From the human T2T-CHM13v2.0 reference genome, Homo sapiens: a stretch of 64,000 nt of DNA. The stretch is taken from contig CP086569.2 in the NCBI GenBank assembly GCA_009914755.4, positions 18,592,001-18,656,000 on the forward strand. The letters run 5' to 3'. Positions 23,939 through 40,300 of this stretch are shown here, one piece after another. The notes under the pieces were generated by a model. It was not told the origin of the DNA. It saw only the letters and a program-made list of their open reading frames with translations, and searched no databases. The stretch's first letter is position 1; each line of letters begins with the position of its first letter. Position numbers and translations under genes: made by a program.

Positions 23939-24954
23939 ATGGGGAAAAAACAGAGCAGAAAAACTGGAAACTCTAAAAAGCAGAGCACCTCTCCTCCTCC
24001 AAAGGAATGCAGTTCCTCACCAGCAATGGAACAAAGCTGGATGGAGAATGACTTTGACGAGTTGAGAGAAGAAGGCTTCAGACAATCAAACTACTCCAAG
24101 CTACAGGAGGAAATTCAAACCAAAGGCAAAGAAGTTAAAAACTTTGAAAAAAATTTAGACGAATCTATAACTAGAATAACCAACATGGAGAAGTGCTTAA
24201 AGGAGCTGATGAAGCTGAAAGCCAAGGCTTGAGAACTACATGAAGAATGCAGAAGCCTCAGGAGCCAATGTGATCAACTGGAAGAAAGGGTATCAGTGAT
24301 GGAAGATGAAATGAATGAAATGAAGGGAGAAGGGAAGTTTAGAGAAAAAATAATAAAAAGAAATGAACAAAGCCTCCAAGAAATATGGGACTACGTGAAA
24401 AGACCAAATCTACAACTGATTGGTGTACCTGAAAATGACAGGGAGAATGGAACCAAGTTGGAAAACACTATGCAGGATATTATCCAGGAGAACTTCCCCA
24501 ATCTAGCAAGGCAGGCCAACATTCAGATTCAGGAAATACAGAGAACACCACAAAGATACTCCTCGAGAAGAGCAACTCCAAGACACATAATTGTCAGATT
24601 CATCAAAGTTGAAATGAAGGAAAAAATATTAAGGGCAGCCAGAGAGAAAGGTCAGATTACCCACAAAGGGAAGCTCATCAGACTAACAGCGGATCTCTCG
24701 GCAGAAACTCTACAAGCCAGAAGAGGGTGGGGGCCAATATTCAACATTCTTAAAGAAAAGAATTTTCAACCCAGAATTTCATAACCAGACAAACTAAGTT
24801 TCATAAGTGAAGGAGAAATAAAATACTTTACAGACAAGCAAATGCTGAGAGATTTTGTCACCACAAGGCCTGCCTTGTAGGGCTCCTGAAGGAAGCACTA
24901 AACATGGAAAGGAACAACCGGTACCAGCCACAGCAAAATCATGCCAAATTGTAA
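23939..24954 (+). pseudogene. L1 ORF1 remnant with premature stops (TGA at ~24230 within ...KLKAKA*; TAA at ~24785 within ...QPRIS*)
   Basis: Translation closely follows L1 ORF1p (coiled-coil and RRM regions: ...WMENDFDELREEGF..., ...RPNLQLIGVPENDRENGTKLENTMQDIIQENFPNLARQANIQIQEIQRTPQRYSSRRATPRHIIVRF...). The natural stop context ccaaattgtaaagacc is at ~24952. Confidence 0.8.
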
Positions 24955-25016
24955 AGACCATTAGGCTAGGAAGAAACTGCATCAACTAATGAGCAACACA
25001 ACCAGCTCACATCATA

Positions 25017-28841
<3,825 letters not shown>

Positions 28842-29351
28842 GAACACATGGACACAGGAAGGAGAACATCACACTCTGGGGAATGTTGTGGGGTGGGGGC
28901 AGTGGGGAGGGATAGCATTAGGAGATATATCTAATGTTAAATGACGAGTTAATAGGTGCAGCATACCAGCATGGCACATGTATATATATGTAACTAACCT
29001 GCACAATGTGCACATGTACCCTAAAGCTTAAATTATAATAATAATAAAAGAAAAGAAAAGAAAATCCTGAGGAAAATAACACAAGTACAATCAACTAATG
29101 TAATTAATTATCCAAATTAGTTTTTTAAAGAAATTTCTAATCATGTTTACACACAGCAAATTAACATTCTAAATATACCTACTATTTTAATTACAGATTA
29201 ATAAAAATAAATTCATTTTCAAGTATAAGAAAATACATTAAAATGATACCATTTGCTTTAATTATGAGACATATAAAGAAACTCATCAAAAATATAATAT
29301 AGAAAATAAGGTTTTGCAAGAGGGATTTTTTTGAATTAGAATTTCAATCAG

Positions 29352-29630
29352 GGGCCAAGCATGGTGATTCACACATGTAATTCCAGTACTTTTGGAGGCC
29401 AAGGCAGGCAGAGTACTTGAGGTCTGGAGCTTGAGACAAGTGTGGCCAATATGCTAAAAATCCATCAGGTGTGGTGGTGTGCATCTGTATTCTCAGCTAT
29501 TCAAGAAGCTGAGGAAGAATAAATACTTGAACCTGGGAGGCAGGGGGTTGCAGTGTCCTACGATTGCACCACTGCACTCCAGCCAAAGAGATAGTGTGAG
29601 ATTTCATTCTAAAAATAAAAGAAAAGAAAT
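29352..29630 (+). mobile_element. Alu, older and diverged (AluJ-like)
   Basis: Reads ggggccaagcatggtgattcacacatgtaattccagtacttttggaggccaaggcaggcag...cactgcactccagccaaagagatagtgtgagatttcattctaaaaataaaag. A possible short target-site duplication, a(a/t)ttcaatca, flanks it. Confidence 0.75.
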
Positions 29631-29960
29631 TCAATCAGCTAAAAATTGAGATATACTATTTATTTGCTTTTCAATGCAGTTTGTGACGGTGCTGATTTGT
29701 AATTACAAAATGTTTTAAATAATGTGTGGCACACGTTTTAAAGCTACTATAACCTCACATCTGGAAAAAAAAAAGCTTTTTATTTATATTTAATTAATTT
29801 AATATTGTTTTATATTAAGTTCCACGGTACCTGCAGGACACCCTGGTATATTTCACAAATGACAGAATGTTAGGATAGCAGCAAGTTAGAGAAAATATCA
29901 GGATTTTAGAATAGTCAAAAATTAGAGAAAAATGACATCTCATATAAAATTTATGCAAAA

Positions 29961-30277
<317 letters not shown>

Positions 30278-30595
30278 CTCTGCAAAATTTTAAAAAGTGG
30301 CTTTTAATTTCTTCTTCAGAACTCTCTAGAATAGTAAATGCCAACAATTTAGATTCCATGAGACACAAATATGTTAGGGTATTTCAACCACAGAAAATGG
30401 TTTTTAGTATTGCATGTAGCAGAAAATGCCAGAAATGCTGCTCATCATATTACAATCCCGAGCAAAAGTGAGTCTCAAACAGAAATTATATTAAGTACAC
30501 AACATCAAAGCCCAGGAATTAGAAATACTCTTTCATAAGTAAGCTTCATAATCTACTAGGAGAATGCTGATCTGAACTCCAATGCCATGCTGCAC

Positions 30596-30715
30596 ATCAT
30601 GGTGGGTTCCTGTAATTCCAGCTCTGTGGGAAGCAGAGGCAGGAGGTACAATGAGCTGAGAAAATGCCATTGCACTCCAGCTTGGATGACAAAAGTGAAA
30701 CTCCATCCTAAAATA
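30596..30715 (+). mobile_element. partial Alu-like right-arm fragment
   Basis: Reads catggtgggttcctgtaattccagctctgtgggaagcagaggcaggaggtacaatgagctgagaaaatgccattgcactccagcttggatgacaaaagtgaaactccatcctaaaataa. Confidence 0.5.
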
Positions 30716-31971
30716 ATGCAGTGTACATAAGACCAATCACGTTGTTCAATACAAATAATAATTTTTCAAATTTGATTCTGTAAAAATTTTGAAAGATAAT
30801 CATTTGCAAATGAGGTTAAAAAATACCAAAATATAGGACGCTGAATAATCATTATTTCAAGAACCGAAAAAAGTAAGCCATTTAAACATAACCAGCTATG
30901 CTTCTATTGCTATGGGATTTTACGGGAGTCACTTTGCCAGATGAAAACCTCTGTGACCAGTGGTGCCTTTCCCTGAGCTTTAATCAGGCCTGCAAAGTTG
31001 TTCTACCCACACTACCTGACATGCTGCACTCAGCTGGTGTTAACAGCCAGGAGTTATCACCTGCCAAGGGCAAACATGGATGAGTGGTGAGTGGTGTATG
31101 AGCAAGTGTGGACTCCAGCTGCTAAACATGATCAGTCATGCCAGCTGTATCAGACCAGGAAGTTTTAGGTGCCAAGATAACTGCTAGATCATTGAAAAAC
31201 TGCAGCTGGACCAGGCCTACTGCAAGCAGCTTCCACAGCTGATACTGGGGAATGTAGTGATACCCAGAATCTTGCAGATGCCGGAAAAAGTAAAGCCCCA
31301 AAGGGTGTGATGGCTCTCCCTGGCTTTGAGAGCTCCTAGGTCTGTGAACACTGAAAGGCCACAGCTCTTGTTTTATTTTTGTCTTACCACAATGTGATAA
31401 GCAAGGGGAAACTTTTATCCCTGTTTGTGTTCCAGGTCATTCAGCTCTGCCATTCAGATAATCTCAAATTATGTTTCTGCTTCCAGGAAGAATGTGGTTC
31501 ATGCTGCCATCAGCCCTTTCACTTGTTTCTGTAGAGATAATCCCTGTGCTGGTTATGGCAACAGTCATGACCTCTCCTAGAAGATGCTTGAGTTTTCATT
31601 CTACTCATCACGTAGAATTCTCTGACCCTGGCTATAATCCTTGAAATCTTGGTTTCCATTTGGCTTGGTTATTGTAAAATCTTAGCAAAGTTTATGTCAT
31701 AAGACATTTAATATTTGTCTTATGACAATCATTATGCCTAGTGTGTATGCATAATGAATTGCACTAATGCACGTATATGTATCTGTATTCTGTATGACTT
31801 CCAGTTGTATTCAAGATTAGTTCTATCCCAAAAGCCTTTGAGTGTTCTCCATGATATCCCAAAAACAGAGTGTGCCTAGGGTTTTATTTGGCTATATTAG
31901 TGTTTTACAGAAATATTTAAAATTAATGGGAAAGAAAGGTGGAGAAAAAAGGAAATAGATAGTTTACTTTC

Positions 31972-32257
31972 TTTTTTTTTTTTTTTTTTTTTTTTTTTGG
32001 AGATGGAGTCTCACTCTCTCACCCAGGCTGGAGCGCTGTGGCACCACCTCCTGGATTCATGCCATTCTCCTGCCTCAGCCTCCTGAGTAGCTGGGATTAC
32101 AGGCACCCGCCACCATGCCCAGCTAATTTTTTTTTTTTGTATTTTTAGTAGAGATGGGGTTTCACCGTGTTAGCCAGGATGGTCTTGATGTCCTGACCTT
32201 GTGATCGGTCCACCTTGGCTTCCTAAAGTGCTGGGATTATAGCCACCGCACCTGGCC
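31972..32257 (-). mobile_element. Alu (AluS/Y-like) on the minus strand, T27 tail, target-site duplication agtttactttc
   Basis: Poly-T at 31972-31998, then ggagatggagtctcactctctcacccaggctggagcgctgtggcacc...gctgggattatagccaccgcacctggcc. The target-site duplication agtttactttc is at 31961-31971 and 32261-32271. Confidence 0.9.
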
Positions 32258-34473
32258 TACAGTTTACTTTCTAATTCTTGATTAACTGAACTGACTTCAC
32301 TTTACTAACAGTTACCCTAACTTGAATCAAATGAACTTTACAAGAGCTTCTTAAAATCCTTCTGATTTACAGAAACCAAAGATTGAGTTAAGTAACCTTG
32401 AAAATATAAAATCAATGTTTTCTAAAAAGTGTGCTTCTTTTTACAATTTTCTGGAGAGATAGTTCAATACTGTTAATTGCTGAAAGGTGCCTGAGACTAG
32501 ATTTTAAGATATTCAACAGCATTTCTAGCCTCTTGGCACTAGAGGCTAGTAATAATCTTACCAATTCCACTTCCAGTCATGAACTTGGCTTAGAGTAAAA
32601 CTAATGTAAAATCTACTGACCTATGGAAATCCTAGACAATCACATCGACTGTGTGTTTCCCCTATAATCTCATTGTCTACAGTCATTTTCCTTCCATAGT
32701 CTGTTCCATCCACAGTGACCTGGTTGTTTTTCAAACAATTTATGCAGGCTTCTGCCAGAGATCATCACACTTGTAAATCTTGCTGCATGCCTACATAATT
32801 ATTCCCTTATTGTTTTATTTAGATAGGTACTTGAAAGTCACTTTGTAAACAAATAATTGTATACATGTTTTACATAAAACCAAGTTGTAATTCATAATAC
32901 TGAATATTGTCCTTGCCTTTTATATGAAATTGATAACATCAATTAATAAAAAGCAAACAACAAACTTCATACTGTAACCACTAAAACAAAAACCTAACAA
33001 TTAGAAACACCAATTAGAAGTGTAAAATTCAATTTAAGCATTTTAAACAATATTTTCATGGGACAAATAATAGATCTCCTAAATAAAAATAAACTCTGAC
33101 ATTACAAAACAATCAGTGCTTCCCACATAAAAATGAGGGCAAAACTGCAGGGCTGGCAGCAGATTCAAACCATTCAAAGAAACATCAAACCAATCAAAAA
33201 CTGTCTGAACCCTGTAAATCAGTGGTTTGTATCAATCAAGAAACCATCAAAAGAGACAATTTTAAAGTAGTAAATATTTTTTTGGATTGCCATACTACCT
33301 CCCAGGCACAGATGAAGGCTTCGAAATTGAAATCTGCATTTTCCATTTCAGGCCCTGGTTCCTAATTCTGGGAGGAGTGAAGAAGCACTTGTGTGCTAAT
33401 TTATTGCGTTTGTTGTAGTCTTTCTAGAAGAAAAATAAAGAATTGATGAAACGTATTTATTTCTGTTTTGTCAAACTCAGAAGTCACTCTTGGTTGAAAA
33501 TACCAGGAATTGGTCACAAACAAAATGTTAAGTTGTTGAAAGCAATAATACAGTTATTTCATACAATAGACAATACAACAGATTTGTTAATACAGATCAA
33601 GTTTTTAAAAAAATAATAGTTTTTATATTGCTGTTATTCGTAATGCTAATGGAATGCATTCTAAGCTATCAATAACTAAAAAAAAACACCTTAGAGAAAT
33701 CAAGAAAATCTATATCTTGTAAAAATAATACTCAAGCAAAAAATGTCTAGATATAGAAAATCTAAAAGAATGTGTGATTAACCATTCCCTAAAAAAAAAT
33801 GCTATTACTATTGCAATCCTGGCAAAGTTAGCTATTACTATTACAGATCTCATAAGCAGCTATTACATAAAAATTTACAAATTTACATTAATGGACACTC
33901 AGGGTGTACAGATATAATCTGACTCAATTTATATTGAGAAAGATAGAAAAGTACAGGAGCAGCATATATTTATAGTGTTGAAATTAAAATTTTGATTATT
34001 CAAACAAGTTAATATTATTCAAAGAAGATTATATTATGTTTAGAATATAATTAAAATCCCAAATATAACTAATAATGACATGAAAATAATAAAAAAGGTT
34101 TAAAAAGTTAACTTTTTTTAATGGACAAAGGATTAATTGAGGATCAAATAAGAAAAATAACATAAAAAAAGTAAATAAATGTCACAGTAAGTAATTTTTT
34201 TGCTTGTAATAACTGTAAATGTGAGCTCTTACATAAAAACACACAGACCGGCACAGATGCACCTTTAAAAGAAAAATTCACAAACGTGATGTCTATGCAC
34301 GTCTTACTTTAGGTTCAAAGAAACAGAGATTGAAACTAAAATAATACAGGTTCTTGGGAAAGCATGACAAATTATTTTCAAACTTAGAAAAAAAATTCTG
34401 AGCCAGGTTCAGTGTCTCTCAGGAAAAAAAAAAATTTGGAGATGAAAATAAAACAACTGACATTAAAATTCAT

Positions 34474-34592
34474 GGCCGGGCATGGTGCCTCACTCCTGTA
34501 ATCCCAGCACTTTGGAGGCTGAGTTGGGTGAATCAAGAGGTCAGGAGATTGAAACCATCCTGGCTAACATGGTGAAACCCCAACTCTACTAA
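34474..34592 (+). mobile_element. 3'-truncated Alu (left monomer plus linker) ending in a (CA)n tract
   Basis: Reads ggccgggcatggtgcctcactcctgtaatcccagcactttggaggctgagttgggtgaatcaagaggtcaggagattgaaaccatcctggctaacatggtgaaaccccaactctactaaa. Confidence 0.7.
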
Positions 34593-34613
34593 ACACACAC
34601 ACACACACACACA
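34593..34613. repeat. (CA)n microsatellite (~10 units)
   Basis: A direct read of acacacacacacacacacaca, lying between the two Alu pieces. Confidence 0.85.
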
Positions 34614-34621
34614 AATTCACT

Positions 34622-35620
<999 letters not shown>

Positions 35621-36149
35621 TAATTTAATACACTATTTTATTTTAAAAAACTCACTAGCTTGTGTTTTTGAGATAGAATGCATATTGTTATCATTTTGAG
35701 AACTCAGTAATTGAAATAAAGCAGGCCATGCTATAAAGGAGTAAGAGTTTTTTATGTTAACTGAGAATAAACTAATGTGATTTCAGTGTTTTACTTTTAG
35801 AATGTTCAATATAATCACTGGAGCAACTACAAAGCAAAGAGTTATAGCCAGGTAGAAAGCTCTCTGCACTACACCAGAAAGTAGGAGTACCTGAGGCTAC
35901 CTTGTCAGACACCTTGGCATGATAAACAGAACCCTGAGCTGTCCCAACATGGAATAAGTGAGGAGATACTAAGGCAAATAGCATAGCTGCTTCTTCACAC
36001 AACTTTTACTACACCAGTGGCCACAAAGCGGAACAGGCTCATCCATACCCAGGGCTGGTGCAGAAATGGAGGCAGAAAGCAGTGACTATGTGGAGACTCA
36101 ACAGAAAGAAAAATGACACAATAATGGCTCCAATTCTATCTCTTCCTTC

Positions 36150-37729
36150 ATGGCATCCCAGGAGTTTGAGATTGAAACTGTTGTTGACGAAAGACAAGAC
36201 AAAAATGGGAAGGCAGAGTATTTCATTCAGTGGAAAGGCTGTGACAAACAGGATAACACTTGGGGAGTGGAGCAGCACTTCATAAACTGTGAAAAATGTA
36301 TTTATGACTTTAACAGATGACAGATTAAAAAACAGAAAAAGAAGGACACGGACTGGAAACAAGCAGAACATTGTCAAGCAAGGCCATAAAAGGAACTTCC
36401 AGATCTACCAACTCCAACTTTTTTAAGAACCTTCCTAAAACGCTAGTGACTTGCAAACACACATCCAAAAACTGCCAGTTGTTTGCTACCAACCACAACG
36501 CTAGGAGAAACACAGCTTCACCTCTCTTCGACCCAAGGAATATGGAGCTAAGAAATTAAACTATCAAGACACTTGCACTTTTAACAGCAAGAACACAGTG
36601 GATTTCAATAACTCGGGAAACTGGATCCTATTTTGCTGGATCAGCAGGACACCATGGTGCTCAAGGTGGCAGCTGAGAACCCCTTCAGGGCTGTATTATG
36701 TCCTGGTGCAGAACAGACTGGAGGAGAAAACAGGTGCAAGATACACCCACTAATGTCTCAGGGGTCTGGCTTGGTTACTGCTTCCATGGTTACAGGCCTA
36801 GCCAGCAAAGAAGGTACATTGGTATAAGCAATTCCACGAACAGCCAACAGAACAAAAAACTTGCATATATTTGTTCCAAGTGTGAGAGGGGGGCAAAGAA
36901 AGATTATTGATGATGAAAAAGACCAGCCTTTTGTCAAAAGCATGTATTTTACCATAAGGCTAACAGAAAATGCCAGTAGACTCGGAGACATTTCGGTGAG
37001 GGAAAATGATGGCTTTACCCAGAAACTATCAACAAGATTGACAGAGAATAACTCACTAAATATAGAAGTAATGAAAAAAATCAAGAATGTTCTGCATAGG
37101 GCTGCTGCAGATGACAGGAAGTTTATGCTGCCCACTCCAGCTGGTTGTGTCCTTTGCTGAGGTCTTGATTTTGTGTGTATTTAAGAAATGACAGAAACAG
37201 AGCAAGCATTGAAATAGTGGATACCATAAAGAACACTGTGAATAATTTCATTCAGTTTGATAAGCCAATTGTATCAGCCAATAGCCCAGCCATTTGACTA
37301 GCTGCATCCATACTGCCTCTTTGTGATTTGGTTAAAAGGCTTGGTTTTAAACCCCTTCTGTGACTTTTGGACCGACCCCAGGTGGCTTGTTTACCATTAA
37401 ATTTCACAAGATGATGGATGAAGCATCGGCCAAGGTAATGTTGATTGGTGGGAGAAAGCTGAAAGCATGGGAGGCATGTGCCACAGACCTGGTCTCTCAG
37501 GTGTCTTGAACTGTAACTTTTCCCCCAAGTGGTTATGATACAAATTAAGGGATTTGCTTCATATAATTCAGTTGTGCTAGAGAAAAATAATGCCCTTATT
37601 TACTGTAACATTAAGATGAAGTTGAAAGAGGCCAATGAGAGAGAGTGATGTGCCAAAAAAATCTGAATCTGAGCACAAGGAATAGAATCTATGTTCAAGT
37701 ATATGCAAAGGAAAATTGATAAGTTTTAA
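36150..37729 (+). pseudogene. CDY/CDYL-family (chromodomain plus enoyl-CoA hydratase/crotonase-like) intronless pseudogene; multiple in-frame stops and frameshifts
   Basis: From the ATG at 36150 the sequence encodes MASQEFEIETVVDERQDKNGKAEYFIQWKGCDKQDNTWGVEQHFINCEKCIYDFNR*, a chromodomain. Downstream, with frame changes, it encodes ...RSTNSNFFKNLPKTLV.CKHTSKNCQLFATNHNARRNTASPLF..., ...LDQQDTMVLKVAAENPFRAVLCPGAEQTGGENRCKIHPLMSQGSGLVTASMVTGLASKEG..., ...RGGQRKIIDDEKDQPFVKSMYFTIRLTENASRLGDISVRENDGFTQKLSTRLTENNSLNIEVMKKIKNVLHRAAADDRKFMLPTPAGCVLC.GLDF... and a C-terminus ...AQGIESMFKYMQRKIDKF* at ~37727. These follow the CDY/CDYL protein from N- to C-terminus, co-linearly and without introns. Confidence 0.8.
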
Positions 37730-38646
37730 TAGTCAGTCTGTCTGCTCAGGACACAAAAACTGAGCTGAGCAAAATACATCATTAGCTGCAAGATTGATTA
37801 ATTTATTTTAATAGCCCTAAACAATATCACGCATTCCTGCTATGGGTGAGCCAGGCACAGAGTAGAGAGAGATCTTTGAATGAGCAACTGTTGAGTCCAG
37901 CCACTTGCCACCTCCAAGCATGTCAGCTGTGATAAGGTGAGAAGTTCCAGGTACCAGATCAGGAGCCAGGTCCCTACTTATTTTTGGCTGGATCAGGCAT
38001 ACCATAACCTGTTTCCTCCAGAGGCACTCAGGAATGCCATGGCATCCAGAAGCTTAGAAATTCCAGAAACTGCAAAGACCCAAAGATTGTGTTACAGACC
38101 TGGCTTAGAAAAGGTTTCAGCCTGGGTTCTTTAAGGGCTGAACCTCTTCTATCTTTTTTTTTCCTGTAATCAACAATATTGTAAGTGTGGGTTTCTGTGT
38201 TTCAGCCTTGTGCACCATTAAGTGGGTCGTGAGTTCTTGATGCATATCCAGGGAGAATGAGGTATTTGGACAACAGGAGAATAATCAAGGTAAATAGATG
38301 CTTTATTGGATGAAGGTACAGCTCTCAAGAGAGAAAATGGGTAACTGCATTTCAAAAACAGGACATATCTACATCTGTGCAAGACTCAGTGAAGACAGGA
38401 GCGAGAGTGAACAGTTTCAGTGGAAAAGCAGGTTTTTAAAACATCTCTGAAGGCCTCAGTGGAGAGAAGCTTCAGAGTGGGTAGCTTCTATCTGCAGGAA
38501 GTTTGTTGAGATGTATCTGCAGCTTTAAGTTTGGAGGAGACTTATCTATTTGCAGCCATGCAATCCCAAGAAGTGTACAACCCACAGCAGAGAAGTGGCA
38601 TATAGTTGGTAGCTCCACTTTAAGTCAAGTTATTTCAAAATCTGAT

Positions 38647-38925
38647 GCTGGGCATGGTGGCTCACTTGTGTGTTCCCAGCACTTCGGGAGGCCAAGGCCG
38701 ATGAATCACTTGAGGTTCAAATTCAAGGCCAGCCTGACAAACATAGAGAAACCCCATCTCTAATAAAAATACAAAATTAGTTAAGTGTGATGGTGTATGC
38801 CTTTAATCCCAGCTACTCAGGAGCTGAGGCAAGACAATCACTTGAAAGTGGGAAGTGGAGGTTGTGGTAAGGCGAGTTCACACCATAGTACTCCAGTCAT
38901 GGCAACAAGAGCGAAACGCTGTCTC
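38647..38925 (+). mobile_element. Alu, followed by an (AAAT)n/(AAATA)n-like tail to ~38990
   Basis: Reads gctgggcatggtggctcacttgtgtgttcccagcacttcgggaggccaaggccgatgaatcacttgaggttcaaattcaaggccagcctgacaaacatagagaaaccccatctctaataaaaatacaaaattagtt...ctccagtcatggcaacaagagcgaaacgctgtctccaaaaacaaataaataaataaataaa. Confidence 0.85.
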
Positions 38926-39079
38926 CAAAAACAAATAAATAAATAAATAAATACATAAAATGAATAAACAAATAAATAAATAAATAATCTAAATTCGTAT
39001 GGAGTACATATGAGCTTCAGAAGGCAGAAAGAGTGTGCTGATTCTTCCATGGGTTGAGATGGGTGAAAAAGACATCTAA

Positions 39080-40300
39080 CCCTAAATATATCCCCTAATA
39101 CTAATGCTGAAACACTAACAATAACCCTGAAGCCCTAACCCTAATCCTCATATAAACCCAACCTGAACCATTAACAAAACATATCGCTAGCCATAAATGT
39201 AACCCTACCCCAACCCATAACGCTGTACATATCCCTACACCAACCCCTAACCCTAAACCTACCCCTAACCCTAAATCTACCCTAAACCCTAACACTCACC
39301 AAAACCCTAACCTAAATACTAAACCAAACCTAACTCTAACACTAATTTTAGACAATGAACCCTAACCCCTAACTCTAACTCTAATCCCTAAAGCTAACTT
39401 CGTACCTCATCCTAAATGCAACCTTGACTGTAACCATAATACTAAAATGTGAACCTTAAAAATGTAAGCTAACACCTAACCAATATCCCTAATCAAATCT
39501 ACCCTAACCCTAATTCTAACCATACATTGACCATACCCCTAATCTTAAAACCCTGACACTAACACTACTCCTAACTCTAACCCACAACCTCAAATGCAAC
39601 TGCAACCATAGCTCTAACACTGAAACCTAAACTCTAACTATAATCCTATACAATAAGCCCAATCCCAAATTTAACCCTAAACCTAACCCCACTGTAACAC
39701 TAAATCTAAACCCTGACACCAGGCCAAACCCTAACCCCTTCTCCTAACCCTAAGCTGACCCTAAGCCTAATTGCTAAACAATAACCCTAAAAATAAAACT
39801 GAACCTTAAACACTAACTGTAAGGCTAAACTGAAACCCTAACCAGGACATGAACCCTAAATGCTAAACCAAATCTTTATTCTTATCCTAACACTAACCCT
39901 AAACCCAAACCCTAACACTAATGCACTAACCCTCTTACCTTAACCCTCACTGTCACCTCAACTTTCACCTTTGGCACTAATCCTAATCCTCACCATGATG
40001 TTAACCCAGAACCTAACCCTACACTAACCCCAATCTCTAACTGTAAGCCTATTTCTTACTCTAAACCTAAACATAACCTGATCTTAAAATTAACAGCTAA
40101 TTCTGATTCTAACCCTAGCCTTAAACATAACACCAACTACCCCTGTCCCTAATCCTAATCCTAACCATAACCCTAATCCTACCACAACACTAACCTCTAA
40201 TCCAACCCCAGACCTAACCCTCAATCTAAACTTATTTCTGCAATTGTAAACCCCTATCCCTAATCCCAAACTTCTATCCCATTCTTAATGTCATCCTATC
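39080..40300 (+). repeat. ~1.2-kb strongly degenerate telomere-like (CCCTAA)n / (CCTAA)n array, C-rich strand on the plus strand
   Basis: A direct read shows dense ccctaa, cctaac, ctctaac and cctaaac units, for example aaccctaaccctaatcctcatataaacccaacctgaacc..., cccctaaccctaaacctacccctaaccctaaatctaccctaaaccctaacactcaccaaaaccctaacc... and ...taatcctaatcctaaccataaccctaatcctacc. The same period and C-strand orientation run throughout, with no switch to the TTAGGG strand. Confidence 0.75.

Noticed and set aside
30700-31970. A stretch with some LTR-like feel (tgtgataagcaaggggaaac..., scattered AATAAA-like motifs) that might be an old ERV or MaLR LTR
   Set aside because: I could not match it to any LTR consensus from memory, and it lacks clear TG...CA ends or target-site duplications. 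It is left unannotated, and RepeatMasker would settle it.
36039-36377. A 112-aa minus-strand ORF overlapping the start of the CDY-like pseudogene
   Set aside because: It is antisense to the recognisable chromodomain coding sequence and matches no known protein. It is a spurious frame.
39101-39295. A minus-strand ORF encoding GLGVGLGLGVGVG-type low-complexity protein
   Set aside because: It is an artefact of translating the (CCCTAA)n-like array on the opposite strand.
39080-40300. A head-to-head telomere fusion site of the 2q13 type
   Set aside because: Only the CCCTAA strand is present across the whole array, with no switch to TTAGGG. It is a single-orientation interstitial array.
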